64,000 bases of DNA from positions 1 to 64,000 of the forward strand of contig KZ538099.1 in assembly GCA_000934665.2 (NCBI GenBank). The letters run 5' to 3'. Position numbers and translations under genes: made by a program. The notes under the pieces are model-generated. The model searched no databases. It was given only the letters and a program-made list of their open reading frames with translations, and was not told where the DNA came from. The stretch is from Catajapyx aquilonaris (Eukaryota). Below are positions 27,601 through 42,600 of this stretch, piece by piece; the stretch's first letter is position 1, and every line of letters starts with the position of its first letter.

Positions 27601-30600
27601 AGATCCGCCGAGTTTAGTTCATAACCAAAGCTGGATGCAAACACTTCTCCGCTCAGAATTAACTTCACTACCATCTTGCTTTCACCCGAGCGTACTTTTG
27701 AGAAGAAAATAACTTGCCCCGTTCCATTGGATCTGGGCGCACCTGCTGCGTAACTCATTTGGTTTCCAAAAAACCTTCCGGATGTCACCGCCATACCTGC
27801 AGATCAAATTAGGTTACGTGTCAGCTGTCAGCCGCAATAATTCCAACTTACCCAAGTAGCTGTACTTGTCCACAGGAGATTCACTCTCCAAAAATGGTCC
27901 ATAATAAAATGTTTTGTCTCTCAGAAGGAAGTTGTCTGACACGCTGACTACAAACACAGTTCCTCTCCATGTGTACGGCCCAGGTGTTCCAATCAATGCG
28001 GTATCATCATCCAGTAGAATAGCATTAGTCCCAGCTTGGCAGTAACCAAACTGTTCATGAGCCCTGAAAAATTCAAGTATTAGCCAACATTTCATGTCAC
28101 GCATAAATTAAATTGACTGAATAAGTTTGTGCAAAAAACCTGTTGGTAGGTCTTCCTTGACAGGGCTCCCATGTTTCATCATAGTCCAGATCCTGTGTGA
28201 GCGTATGACAGAGTCCTTGACCCCACTGATAATCTTTCCCCTTTTGTATGTATCGATGAGCACAAACCTTACAAGGAACAGAATGGAAGGATGGGTCTCA
28301 TGATTTCCTCTTAATACATGCCAGGGATCCATATAATTAAAGGGTTAATTACCATGGCCTTCTTTCCCTTCCCCTGACTCCGCACTGTAACTCCAAGCCA
28401 CTGGCCATCCTTGATTTCATCATCCAAAGGAGGTGTTAAATCGTTGTTATTGATGTCTGATGTGAGCATAGGAGAAAAAAAAATCAAGGCAAATATAATT
28501 AGACCAACAATTTGCAACACTAGTTGGAAAGCCAAATATGGGAAAGGCTAAGCCAATGATTAAATGAGAGCGCAGAAATAGCATTTTCAGTGATGTGTGT
28601 ACAGTACTGAGAGGCCTTCAGGTCTTTCCCATATTTTTTTTTGTGTCACGATGCTATGTGTCAAAGTGCTTCACCACAATGCTGAAAACAGGGACGCAAA
28701 AAATATGTCGTAAATCCATGTGCAAGTGTTAGTAATAAAATAACTACAGTGCATATTTTTATTTAGTGAATTGACTGGGAGTGGAATCGGTACAGTGTGT
28801 GCAAAGTTTGAACTACATTACAACAATCAAGAAAATCACAGTGCAGATTAACCAAGAAATGTTGTACTGACAGTACAATGTTGGAAGAGCGAAAGAGTTG
28901 GAAGTTGGCTTCAATTATATACGTATGACCTACAAACTGTACGCGCATGCTTGGAATCATGCACGAGTGCACTTGAGGATGCAGCTTTTGGCACGTTTCA
29001 CTTGAGCAATTTGCACGCTGAATTATACAAAAGGAACATAACTGACAGTAGTGCTTACAAGGAGTGGAAAAAAAAACTGTGTCAATGTACTATGAAAAGG
29101 CTGTGAAGCAAGCAGCAAAAAAAAGCATGCTAAAGATAGTCTCTGAAGACATTTTATGGCTTCTATATGTTTCCAAATGTTGTCAACTGATAGATTAACT
29201 TGTTACTTCGAGATGCTTCTTACAAGATGGCCTGATGCCAGAATAACTGATGGGACAGAAACGGCTGCTCCGACACGAGTCATCCTGGCACCTTCTCGGT
29301 CCCAATGCATAAAATAAACCCCTTTCGGGTCACTGACTCTCTGGGAAATGTGCATCACTTCCTTTTTTCTATATAGTAGCAGGTAACATACGCATTTCTT
29401 TAAAAAGTGATGGTCACTTCTGCAGCAAGCTTTTTATTTAAAAAACCAACACGGCAAGCTCTACCATGCAAAACAAAACTTACAACCAGGACTTACACTT
29501 ATCATAAAGCCCGTCAAGTGGATCTGGAAGAACACAAAAATAAACCCTTGAATCACGTTTTTGAAGAGAAAAAAAAGAAGACATAAAGCAGCCAGAAAAG
29601 AGAGACAGACCACGAGAGATGGCAACACTTTCTTCCTCTGAGAGTGAAACAACAGATCCAGAACATTGAAGAAACATGGAAGATACGACATCAAAAGAAC
29701 CATCTTATATTTTTTTTAAAGGAGGGAAAAAAAAGTTGGCCGCTTTCCCATTAGAGTTCAATGATTTTGGGGCACATTTCCCCTCCCCAACCAACCAATT
29801 CTGTCCGATGCTGAAATTTTGTCCACGTTGACAGCGACATTTTGGGGGTTCGGAAGGGCAGCAAGGCGTAAATGTCAACGCCCTCTCACGAAGTAATGTA
29901 CCGAAGAAAGCCCCTTTCTCTTGTCTCCACTACTTTTTAAGAAAATATCGTAAAAATCCTTTTCATTAGAAGTCCTCCCCTAACCACAGGAATTGACCCC
30001 CCCCCCCCCTCCAAAAAAAAACTGTTGAATATTCCTGGCGTGCCTGTAAAGTGACTAGTGAAATGTTAGTGGACATACTTTTTTTCCCGTCGGTGATGAC
30101 CTGGTCGCAATCGTCTGTCCAACTTGTGATGGGACACTTGAATAGAGCTCCCGACCTGTTGGTTCCAGGTTGCCTGTTCTGTCCAAGAGGAGCACCCACC
30201 AGCAACCTGTGACCATAAGAAGAAGAAGGACATCATGACAACCACAAAAACTACATCATTCAATTAGGCGTGCAAGTCCGATCACGACCACTGGGCTTAA
30301 GAGGTTTAGTCAGCATCAGAGGGGCCAAAAGAAAATTTTTACACGCACCTGCCCAGGAAGAAAAGAGATTGTCAAAGTAAAAGAAGATTAATGGCCTCTC
30401 TCGCGGTTTAGGATCGCACGTCTTTCTATTATCGCTGTAACAAAGATGTACACGCTCGCGATACATTCCGTTGGAGGATGTTAGGTCAGGTGGCCTCATT
30501 TTTGATACGACCTGGTGGAGCCAATTTGCCTTTCTGATCTGAGATGAGGCGACCTTTGCTCCAACCTATCTGTCTGCTTTGACAGGACCGTGTAGAGAGA

Positions 30601-33600
30601 CTTATTGACAGGTCTCCTCCGGATGCTCAGGGCCTGTCAACACTGGATAAGTGCAAGAGCCTAGCTAACGACGTATCGCAAACGCCTGCGAAATATATAC
30701 TCGGAAAGGTCTGATCAGACGGAGCCAAACCCAATTGAATTATTCATACTGCTCAGAAAAATTGTTTCTGTCCAATCATACGGCGTGTAATATTTTCGCG
30801 CGGATTTAATAAGCGTTTTAAAGGGCTCTCATTTTGTAATAATGAGCCGGAGAGGAAATTGGTTTGTCCAATAGCAGGCTGCATAATGCGAGGCCTCGTC
30901 TTGATTAGATTGCTCTAACAATTTATTCTTTTTAATATCATCCTCCGTACGTGCACCGAATGTTCATAATTGCATTGCGAAAAAAATAATGTATTATACG
31001 CTGGGACTTTATAATTGGGCATCCATTATTTTATTGCCTAACTTTTGAACGGTATAACCCAAGCTTGTTTGGGAATCTTCGGTCGACTGAGCGTAAAAGG
31101 AATATTCTGACGGGAGGCATTTCCCTAATTGAGCTGTCTCCTGCAATAAATATTCTCCCAGCGGAAGTTTGCAGTGGCAAGCAAAATACAGTGAGGCAAT
31201 TATGTGGGTTTAAAGTTCTCGTGTTGTACCACAGATAGCCTTAACGGAATTCACAACGATAAGTAAGGTCAAGGTTTTGTTGATCCATCAGAAAGTCATC
31301 CGAAAGCACACACTGTACCTGTCACGTGAACGGAAATTCCACCCATTGTTTATTATAAAAATATTCTCTGGTTGTAAAATATGGGATTACATTATGTCAC
31401 CTTGAAACCAGGTTACACCGAATTCCTTAAGTGTAAAAGCCGCCATTAGCTTAAAAGTAACGGGCGCGACAAAGATCAAAAGCCATTACGGAGATTAAAA
31501 GGGGATTTTAAAATACAATGGAGGTAATTGGCTGGAGTCAAAAGAGATGCAAATTGGAGGACTGGTCTTTGTATGGTTCGTAGTGGGCGCTAAAAGGTCG
31601 GCTCAGGTGATTTTCACTTGAAGCCCTCCCAAAAAAAACGAACCTTTTCCCTATCTGTTCATCTATGAACTGTGGGTTACTTTAGAAAAGAGGCTTACGG
31701 TACTTGGCCGGTTTTGGGCCCAACCAAAAACCAGCCCCCAGTGGAAAATCCCCAAATTGTACTCACATTAAAAAATATATTCGTGCCATAAATCTGAATT
31801 GACCAATTCCTTCCAATTACGCCCCATAATCGGATGCTGCGGGGACATTAATCGACCATAAATCTATTCCAGTAAATTAACCATTATATTCGTGCACTTC
31901 AAATTAATTCTGCGATCAAGTCTCATACATTATGTCACCGGCTCGTGCGTTAATGCCAGGCTTGAAAAATTATTCAATTCAGCCAGTGGGCAACCTCTAC
32001 CCCCCATGGACTGTGAAAGTGGACCTCGAGGGTGAAAAAAATATATTCTCAGCTCTGGTGTCAAGCATTTGAAAGTACAACAAAGGCTTCCAAGACACGG
32101 TCCATCTTCTCTTCTTTTCTTTTTTCCTTCTCACACCAATCCTCTTTTTCTGTCCTCTCCCACCATTTTTCCCTCTTTTCTCCCCGTCGGACCTGCAGAA
32201 GCATAAATTTACCACATCTTAAATGGCTAGTCACGTAAAGCTATCATTTTCTTAAGGATGGTGCGTAACATGCGTGGATTGTACCCACTGTGTATACAGA
32301 CTCCTGGAATTCGACCACATTTTTTTTATGAGAAACCGTGTGATTATTGGGCTAAATGGCACCCTGGGATGACTTGATTATACCCTTAATTTTTTTTTAA
32401 AGGATGGTTCTCTCAAGGCAGAACCACATGGTAGGGCCTGCAGCAGAAGTGGCTCAAGACTGCACTTCTGGTCGGTGTGGGGTAGTTGCAAGAAGGGGTC
32501 TGGAGGTAATTGATAGTGACAGGCGGTTGGGAAGACCACTTGAGAACATGAGAGTCCCACAGGATAGGGCGAAAAAAAAATATGTGACGGCTGGGGACAA
32601 AAATAACAAGACTTCAAATGTGAACCATTTTTTTTAAAAGAGATAGAAAAAAAATAAGTTGGATCGAGAGTGAGCTGTTTCATGAAACGAAGATTATCTT
32701 TGATCGAATGACAATCTGGTTTTGTTTGATCTACATAATTGGGCAGGGCGGAATATACCCTATCGGGTCATCCAATCCACTGGCGGATGAGATAGGAGGC
32801 AACAATTTTTCACTCGTGACAAATTTCTCTCCCTTCAACATTCATGAATGAGGGCAAATTATTCCAGGAAACTGTGATAAAACTAGTTCTTGTGAAAAGG
32901 AATTCCTGTCTCAAGGGCATGAGTTTTGCCCCGGGGTTATAATTGCCCTTCAAATTGCACGCTCCAGTAGGACTATAAGGAGGAGAAATGGCGAAACAAC
33001 TCGGGTCCGTCTGTGTGTTTGTGCGTGTGGAAAAACTCTCTGGCTTTTTCCTCCGTCGGCTCTAGATGCAATCTGAGCGGTGCTTGTGAAGCGGAACCCA
33101 CAAGCCAAAATTACTGACCATGGACATACTGAGCAGGTCCCCCCCTCCTTCCTTAGCTCGCCCTTTTTCCCTCCCACCCTTTGCAAACACTCTGCATAAA
33201 TCTCTGTCAACTTCAGACACTGACGTCTTGGGGGGTTCCAACCCACTGACGGGGGGGGGGAAAAAGAAGTTTAATCAATCAAATTACGTCCGATTGGTTA
33301 TATTGAAGCTGGCACCGAATAATGGCCAGTAATTCCAAAAGTAAGGCCAACTCGCTGATTTTATACTGTAAGTACAACACTCAGGGCCGGTTGTATCAAC
33401 TCAAATTACTGTATGAAAAAATATATGATTACATGTACTGTACATAATATTTTCAGTACCGGTAATTTGTGTTGACATGAAAGGTACGTAATCGGCGGTT
33501 TTCCGTTGGCTTGATCAACTGGGCCTATAAAGTGCACGTGGTAAACTAGGCCTAAGAGCACGTGGCCCACTTTTTCCGCCATATTTAGTCCGGAATATGG

Positions 33601-36600
33601 CAAGATGATAGGTTTTGCCATATAATACAGTGGGCGTCATACCTCACGCGGTTTGCATATTGCGGCAACTGGTTCCCCGCAAGTTCCTTTATCGAGCCTT
33701 TACCGAATTATTAGTTTGCGACATGCAACAATTAACAATAGGCAGGCCACGCTTGCAAATTGCGCAATTCGTCCTTCTGAACTCATGCTTTTGCTAGGAA
33801 CAAAGCCTTGGCGGTGCTTCACGGACTATTAAAATGGTAATCTATGATTACAGTGGAGGCATGGGAGCCTGGGCTATTCTTCAACCAACGTCAGAGGCCA
33901 GATGTCGCGTTTATCACGCTTTAATAATCGGCAGTTAATCCCAGCAGGTGGCCTATTTTAGCATGGAACCGGATTTGGCAACATTTTCATCATACCTCTC
34001 TTTATCATTGTCCGGTAAATAAATCTTGGATCAGGATTACCTCGTTAGTCCACACAGAAAGTTGTCCCCAGCCCAGCAGGCCAAACGCCGTCCGAATTAC
34101 CCGGACACAAAACTGGGTCTGACTCTGTGAGAAATCGTTGGATCAGGGCGTGAAAACAGCGTAACGAGGCGCGGATTGTTGGCGACGCCATATATTCATT
34201 ACGTGACACACCCCTCGACCCCCATATTAGATTGTCTTGATGGGGGGGATGGAAAGAGCCACGGTGCTTTTAGTGACACTCGGACCTTGCCATTCCTCTT
34301 GGGCTCCAAAAGTCATCCTAATAGGTCCTGTCCCGCTTGTTCCAGGCATTCAGAGGAAGACAAACGGCGTCCATTTATCAGTCAGGAGCGCCACCATCCC
34401 CTGTCGCGAATGTCAGAGGCCATGGAAGGAAGGTGGGGCGCTTCTCTCCCTAAGGAGAACTCCCAAATGGAAGTGCCTTGGCTTGAACGGATTATGTCCT
34501 CTGGAGAGAGGTGCTTGTCGCCTTCTTTGCCGCCAAGCTCTTTTCAGGCTTTGCCGGTTGCTGGAGTTTATTTGGGCGTGATCTGGGCACTAACTGAGTC
34601 GTTTGGCATCTAGAGAGTTAAGCCTCTGACGAAACACCTGGATTAGCTAATCCTGGATTAATGTGAGATTTAACAACAAAAAAATGTCCAAGTCCCTTAA
34701 CCTTTCAGTGGGGGCGGAACATTCGTTGCCATAAATATTTATAAATGAAAGGCGAGCGATGATGTACGGTCGTCCTCATGTAAGCAGTGTGGTTAACGAA
34801 GTTAAGCACGAAATGGGCTTGTGCATCCTGGACAATTTGCCAACTTGAATTTACATATGTCTCCAGGGCTGGATTTGCATTGGGGAGACAAGCCTACTAA
34901 CATTCTCACTTTTAATGTCCACATATGTTACACATGTCCCGACTCTTGTAAGCTACTGCATGTCTGTCGTGTCCCCGTTGAGATGTGACCTCTCAGGGTC
35001 GCGACACTGTCGTTTAGTTAGATTCTAAGCCGCACCCTGTAGGAGTATAAAAAAAATTAAGAGAAGAAGAAGAAGAAGCTTTGGTCCAGGAGCAGAGCTT
35101 GGAGTGAGAATGTGGAGCATTCACATGGGTTGACTGCCGACACAACACGTGTTCGTGACTGGAATACAGCCTTTGTGGTTTTCCCTCCAGTGCTTGCCCT
35201 TCACCTTCAGTTTTATCCAGTTGACCCGCCAGTTTAACTCTTTCGAGTCACAATAGCACCAAGCAAAAAAAAGATGCCACCACCTGCACTTTCCCATTTT
35301 TTTAAACTATTTTTTTGCGCACTGAGTCATTACATGGAAGTGAAAAAAAGAAACAAATATATGAAGGGAAATGCTATGCTAGACACTCAGATTAGAAAAT
35401 TCCGGTAAGCTATTTTGTTGATGAACTTCCATTGGCAAACACTTCTAAGTGAGCCCTTGCCCAGAATAACACCGCGTGCTACTTTCGGCAGCCCGTGAAA
35501 TTCCATGCAACGATAGAGCCGCCAAAATAAATACCACCCTGCCACTTAGCACCATTAACGTCATGTGGATTACAATATTTGATTTATACACGTGTTTGAT
35601 TTCAATGCTTGTACCCTACAATGTTATGTTATGCGTCACAAAAAAATTACATTGCACTAAAACGCTCGGTTGTAAACTTCGTGAGACCAAACAATCCGGG
35701 AGAAAAACTGTTATTATTTACATTCCTCCCTCAAAGTACGGTCCTAGAAGCAACAAACTCCCCCGCTCTTCTCAGCAAGAAAAATCGCTCCTGCAATCCC
35801 GGAAGATTTAAAATAAACCATTGGAATGGTTTCCTAATTCTTTCCTTTGCAACCCTCCGAAGCCATAATTACTCCCAACCAGTTCTTTTTCCCCACATTT
35901 TTTTTCCTCCATTCCCAAGTTCCTACCTGGGGCTAAACATTAGTTTGTTTTCCTTCTTATCCACCAATGGACAGTCGCTTAGGACTCTTTTTCCCTTTGT
36001 TCAGTTCTTTAAGGTGCAAAAAAGGGAAGCGGCGTCAACTGGTTCAAAAGCCGGTGTTTTCATGTAGCTTCAAACCTTATTCGGTGCATGAAGCGTGACT
36101 GCTTCGGACTAAAAGCGTCCTATGACCCTAAGGACCCAGCCCCTAGGGCAAGGTTTTCAGTTTTATATATATACCTGAGGTCCTCCACACCTTTCTTTCT
36201 TTTCTCTATTTTTTTTTGGAAGGGGCCAAAACCAAGGACCCCCTCTCTTATCCAGGAGTATCCAGCAAAGAATAAAAAGAAGTGAGCGTGAAGGTCGGAG
36301 GAAGTCTGGGGGAAGGTTGAATCCATAGGTCATGTCGTCGTCACAAGCACCCCCCCTAAAAAGGCTAGTTGTGACCTTGCAAGTCTTAGCACGTAGGTTG
36401 TGACCGGCAATACCTGATTTTCGGACCAGTTGGGTGTTGGATGCTTTCAGGTGGAGGTCACTATTTTTTTGTGTGTGACCAGTGGATGGTCGGTGGGCAA
36501 TAGTATATACACCACAGAGGCATTTAAGCAATTGACATTTACGAGCCTTTAAAATTAAGTGAATGAGTAATAGACCCTTGGTCACAATTAAGGGGGCGGA

Positions 36601-39600
36601 ATGACCTGTGACTACTACAATACCGTTCCAAAAATTCCTCCCAGTCCCATTTGGAACGGCTGAAGAACCCGTCAATCGTCGGTGGAATGAAAAGAATTCA
36701 CTTTAAAGAACAATCCCTTCCCCCCCTTTTCAAACCCCGGCACTTTTGAAAAAGAGGAACAAACCAACCCTCAGCCTTGGAAAGAAACCGTGCCGCGGCT
36801 TCATATTACCAATGTTAAATACTTCTCATACATTATGCAGCCTACATGCATGTCCTAAGCAAGGTTGATTAGATAGCTTCAGCAGGAAACCCCTTCCGAG
36901 GATATTATATCATAAGAAGAATCGAGTTTCAGGACGGAAACCAGGTGATATGTATGGTGCCCAGAATACCGAACGGTAACGGTCTGTTTCCAGGCCCTTT
37001 CCCTTTAGGAAAACAGACTTTTGAAGTGGAGGGGACCCCCAAGTGGTTCCCCGATCCATAATGTTCCCAAAAACCGGTCTCACCTGTCGGCTAAAATTCC
37101 AATCCGGATTATGCCTCAGCAACTGTGCATAGCTGTAAAATGGAGTCATGAGTGTAACGACGTGTTTACTGTTCGTACCGCTTCATTGTGGTCTGACTTG
37201 ATCTGGACCGACACCCTTTTGAACCCACAAAAAGGGTAAGGGGAGGACCTTTCTCACCCTCCATGGGTCCATGAAGAATGGCGGTTATTGCATGGAATAA
37301 TTGCACGACATGATTTGTCGCTGGTTTTTCTGAAAAGAACCAACCGCAAAGGTGTTCTTTGAAAAAGTGTATTTTGGCCAAGGACCAGTTGTTGTCGAAG
37401 GCTTCCGACTAAATTGTCAGCCATTCTTCTCGTCACTCCTCAAACACTGACGCCTTTCAGCCATTAAAATCATCTCCGCCATGCCGAACCCATTTCGGTT
37501 CCCTTTATGGGGACTTCCCCGGTAAAATTACACAGGGAGGCCCTCACACGACGACCATTTTTCCAATATCTTTTTTTTTTGCAGGTACAAGTTCTCAATA
37601 GGACCAACATTCGTAGGTGAATCATGAATGAAACATCTGCATCCGGCTGTCTTGTCAGCTTCAACAAAAAAAACCGTGCGACACCCAAAGTTGGTCGTGT
37701 TTACGACTACGGCTTGCATCATTAGCACATATATAACTCTGGTCATCTGCATACTGCGTTGTTATCCCAGAGTCTGGAGCATTAGCACTTTACTCATCTG
37801 CCTAATGCAGACTCTGTTGGGAGATGCCGATGCTTTTGCACTTCTGTGACAAGATGCATTTCAGTCGACGCGTCTTCCCCTTGCACTTGATGCTCTCATG
37901 AATATTAAATGTGGCCCATAAATACTCGGGAGCCCTGCAGGGGCCAACTGATTCTATAGGGGGCCGAACCTATCTCAAAAACTAAAGTCACAAACGGCCC
38001 CATTTATCCTTCATCCGGTATAGATTAGTGATCATTTTCAGAAACAAATTACTCTTCAGGAGCGCGGTTTAATAATCTGGAGCTAGATTTATGAATGGAG
38101 TAGTTTGTAATCTGAAATTAACTGCATCAACAATATATAAAAAATTCTAGTAAATTTTTTTCGGGTTAACCGTCGTATCTTCAGAGTTCAGACGTGGTAA
38201 TAAGCAGTGAGAAGAAACCTCCGATTCTCTGACAGGCAGGCCCCTTTCTTTTTTCCCCTCTCTGAAGAGAGACCCTCCACCCACCAGCTCCACCCTGTGG
38301 GCTAAGAAAGTCTTCTTGGTGAGGATGCTGGGGAGGAACCCCTTGTGTTGCCCAACCCTCAGTTTCCACCCTACACACTGCACCCAACGCACCTGCCCAG
38401 GTTATTATCCGCATGTGCAACTATCAACGGATGTCATATCAATAGAGGGTTTGGCCTGTCATCAACTTAAAATTTGGGTGTTGATTTTTTTTTAATTATT
38501 TTTTTGGCGTGCACACCCAGCAACCGTCTTCGATTTTACTACCTTTAATCTTCTCCCACAGCAGGTATGCTGATGCTGCATTTTCAGTCTTGGTTGCCCA
38601 TTTTTATTGAGGCACGAGGCCATGAACTGGCTGTTACGCTGCCAGTATTTCACCCACGTACACACCGGCTTTGGTAGTAAATAACCTCGGAGGCATAATA
38701 TAAACAATCGTAAAGGGATTCCAAGTTCTACTCGACGTCCACTTAACGCCGGTTATCGAACGTCTCCATCATCGTCCAGCAGCCCCAAACGCAACTGGGA
38801 TCAAGTTTCGTACATTTTTTTTGTGTGTGTCCCCCCAAGTCCTTTTTCTGTTTCTGTACCGTCGGGGACCCCCAAAAGACCAATTGCGTTATTTGCCCCA
38901 GCTCCCTGTAAACACTTCTCTGAGCTACCATTCTGGCTGATGTTGACTGCTATACTGCGACTGGCCTGAGAGTTAAAAGTGTCGCCTGCAATAACTCACG
39001 ATTGAATCTAGTGCTTCTTTGGAGCCTGAAGGGTAATTGAAACTAAGGAGCCGGTTGAAATGCGCTGCCTCACATCTGTTTATCCTCGAGGGTTTCGTAG
39101 ATATAAGAGGGGAGGACAATAAACCTGAGACAATCGCCATTATCGACAATGGGGAGAAGACGCCCGTGGGGGGGTTCAATCTAGGGGAATCTGAAGAATA
39201 ACGGCCTCCATGGGGGAGAGGAAGTGAAGCAAATGGGCCGAGGACTGCTTACTTAGAAAAATTCCCCAGCCCCTCGATCACATTATGCCGCCACATACAC
39301 ATGAGATGCTTTTTCGCAATCGCGATTCTCGTAACCCTGCATGCCTGCACGTACCGGGGTATTGGGTCATCTCTGTACACTCAGCTATGAGGCGGATGAA
39401 GACACTGATCTACTCACTAGAATAAGTTTCATCACTGTCAGTAGTCCGTAAGTGTGTTAGGTAGCCGTGACATACCTACAAACTTTCTGATTTATATTAT
39501 AATACCGTATGTAAGATGACGCGCCAACTTGCTGATTGATTACAGCGCCAACTTCCGTCCACCCTTCCGGTACAACGTCGGACCAGCAGGGGTACCACAG

Positions 39601-42600
39601 GTATCGGCATCCTCAAAACCGCTTGGATGCATACAACAAAAAAAAAACATCTTCAACGGCATGAAAGCACCATGCTGGCAACGGCAAAAAGCGGACACCC
39701 TTCACTTCCAATTGGGCACCATAAATGGTCTGAGGACTCGTCCCTTCCCCTGGAGGCCCTCGGCAGAATTTACATGATCGGAAATATTCCTGGACACCCG
39801 AGCTGGACAGTCCTGTTCGGCGACAAAAGGTGTGGTCTCCGGTGGCACACGTGTGTGGTCCACATGACGGTTGGAGACCCCCCAGAGGCGTCAATCATCC
39901 AGCAAGATTCATGTGAAGACACCCTGTACTCAACACCTCCACCAACATTTACTCTGCCTTTTTCGCCCCCTTCCAAATGTATAGGAACAGGCCTCAGTTT
40001 TTGTGCTCTCTCTCCTAGCTTCTTCCTGAGGGAACAACGCCCAGGCCTCTCCATGAACTCTGACCCCCACGAAAATGGGATAGGACAAAACGCAACACAC
40101 TGCGTTGCGTTATTCCTACTGCGGTTTCCTCAAACCGCTATCCCCTCTTCTGATTAAGATTTATGGATGCTGGCTATTGTCTGGACCATTTGGGGATGAC
40201 GACAGGGGGAAATCGGAGGGAGTTGTTTTCTATCGGGAGAATTCCCCCCTCTTGTGTTTGGATCGGTAACAAAAATATGACCCATAAAAACAGTGCATCT
40301 CTTCAAATCGTCGCCTTTTTCTTCAACACGAAACCCTCTCTCGAGATCCTAAAAATGAAATATGAATTGGGGCGGGGTTAAAGACATATCCTCTCAAGAG
40401 ATGCATTAGCCCGCCACATCTTACTGTCTCAAGGTATATCCAAGGAATAACAAAACCACGCCCTTATTTTTTAACCCAAAAAACAACAACCTATTCATAC
40501 AGCTGTTTAAAGAAATAATTTAAGGGCCTAATTATACCAAAAGCTTTTTGCACTGAGTGATGGTCAATTTTTGGCACAGTTTTGACACGAAGGTCTAGCC
40601 CCAATATCAATGCGGTCCCTGTGGGTGCGGTTGATTTGCGGTCGCTTTTTCTGCAGCTTGCATGCCCATTTTGTTACGTGCTCATGCTGATTTGCGGCAA
40701 GTTTGCGACTGAATTGCGGCCAAGTGCCTGTCACACCCTACGCCGCATTTGCCGCCCGTTGTATTTTCGAGAATATAAAAGGACAGGCGAGACGGAGCCT
40801 TGAATATTTTATGCTCATACTGGTAAAAGTAAGTTTATTGGAAGCAATTGTGTGGATTTATTTTCTCTAAACTTCTAAAGGAATGTCTGCTGCGTTGGTA
40901 GGCTATTGACGCATAAAATTGCAACAATGGGTCACTTCCAAGAGGCTTTTATCGCCTGTCGTGCATCATTTCCTCAATGCGACATTATTTTTTACGACAT
41001 GGAGGCTACGAAGTGGCTCGACTGTATAAAGACATTTTGACTGCCCACATTTTTGCATGATTGCATATGCAGTGGGTGCAGAGTAACAGCACAAAGGTCG
41101 AAGGTCGTCCAACCTGCATGACTGTCCCAATTCGACTGAAACCTTTGCAATCGATTCCTGCACTGAATAAACCCCACCGTCTAACTAAACCAACCACACG
41201 TGTGCTCATACTAAGAATAGTTCTAACTCTGGTTCAGTGCCAGCCTCCATCAGACTTAAGAGGAAAAAAGAAATAAGATGGGAACACTGACCCACACCTG
41301 ACTCGCTATCACACGTTTGTTTTGATTGCATGTCTGCTGGAGGCCCATCTTATTCAGCCTAAACATGCGCACACACACGTGACACTGATCCTCCGAAGAT
41401 ACGAGCAAACACAGGATTACCTTCTTTTGGCAAAGGTGTGCATCTGCCGGCGTACAAAGGATTCCCCTGTCCTCTGATTGAGTGGACCAGACAGCGACTC
41501 TTTTTAGAGACACCGAGGAACAACATCCTCTCCGGAGGATGATTTAGGACACTTTTTTTGTAATGTCACCCCCCCTTCACCAACCAGGCATTTTCAGTCG
41601 GCGAGACGATTTATTTCAAAAAGAGGGTGCTTGCTGACTGGGTGGCGCTTTCCATATACCAGGGGGTTCCCCGCAGCCAAAAAGTGCCACGTGGAACGCA
41701 GCACCCAGGCAACAATCCATTACTTTCAATATTGTAAACGGGAGGCTGGCGGCGACCTTTTTTCTCTTACGCGGCTGATAAATCGCCGGAGCCTTCAGGA
41801 GCAAACGATGGAATGCGAGACAAGCGAAAACTTGCTGGGGCCCATCGCCAAATAGCAGAAGGGATGCCGCCTTGGGCCCATCGTGAAAAAAAATAGTGTT
41901 GGCTGCAATCTTCATTCGCTAGAACAATTGTTTGCATGTGCGCAATGTGCATGTGTATGATAATATCTTATGCATGCAGTACGCCCCTTCAGACCATCAA
42001 CAAACAATGTTTACATGCAGGTACGCAATATGACAGGCCCACCACAAGAGGCATATTTCAATAATCCACTGCCATACCCGGACATACCCATCTCTATGAA
42101 TTGCATGAGATGGTCCGCCACAGGGTGTTGGAAAAGGACCCCTCTTGTAACCGATTTGCGTCCGTCAATCACTGGGAGAGAGACCCGTATCGTAATATTA
42201 TATTATTATGCGCAATCGCGGCTCACCTGCGAAGAAGCCCTCTGGGAGTCCTCCACCTGTCCTCCAACAGTCGTATATCCAATGGGGGGTGGTGAAAAAA
42301 AAGGAAAGGAGAAAAAGACAAGGCTGAGGTCATTGCTTATTCTCGCCATGTGGAGTTTTCACTAGAGGCCAAAGGGACGTAGAAGGAAGTCGCTCAGGTT
42401 AGTTTTAGGCGTGTCTCTCTCCAATTTGCCGTCCAAGGAATGTTCGGAATGTTGGATCCCACCGACACGCCTCCCGATTTTTTTTTTTTCAAAGTTGTTT
42501 TTTTTAAGGAAGGGGTGGTAGTGCCATACGAGTGGAGAAGACGCAAATAAACCGAACAAACCGGATATTTCGCCTGCCTATCAGGTGTCGTCATTACAGT

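Noticed and set aside
33382..33526. Harbinger-like MITE (GGCCGGTTGTATCAA...TTGATCAACTGGGCC)
   Set aside because: The TIRs are short and imperfect with no clear TSD.
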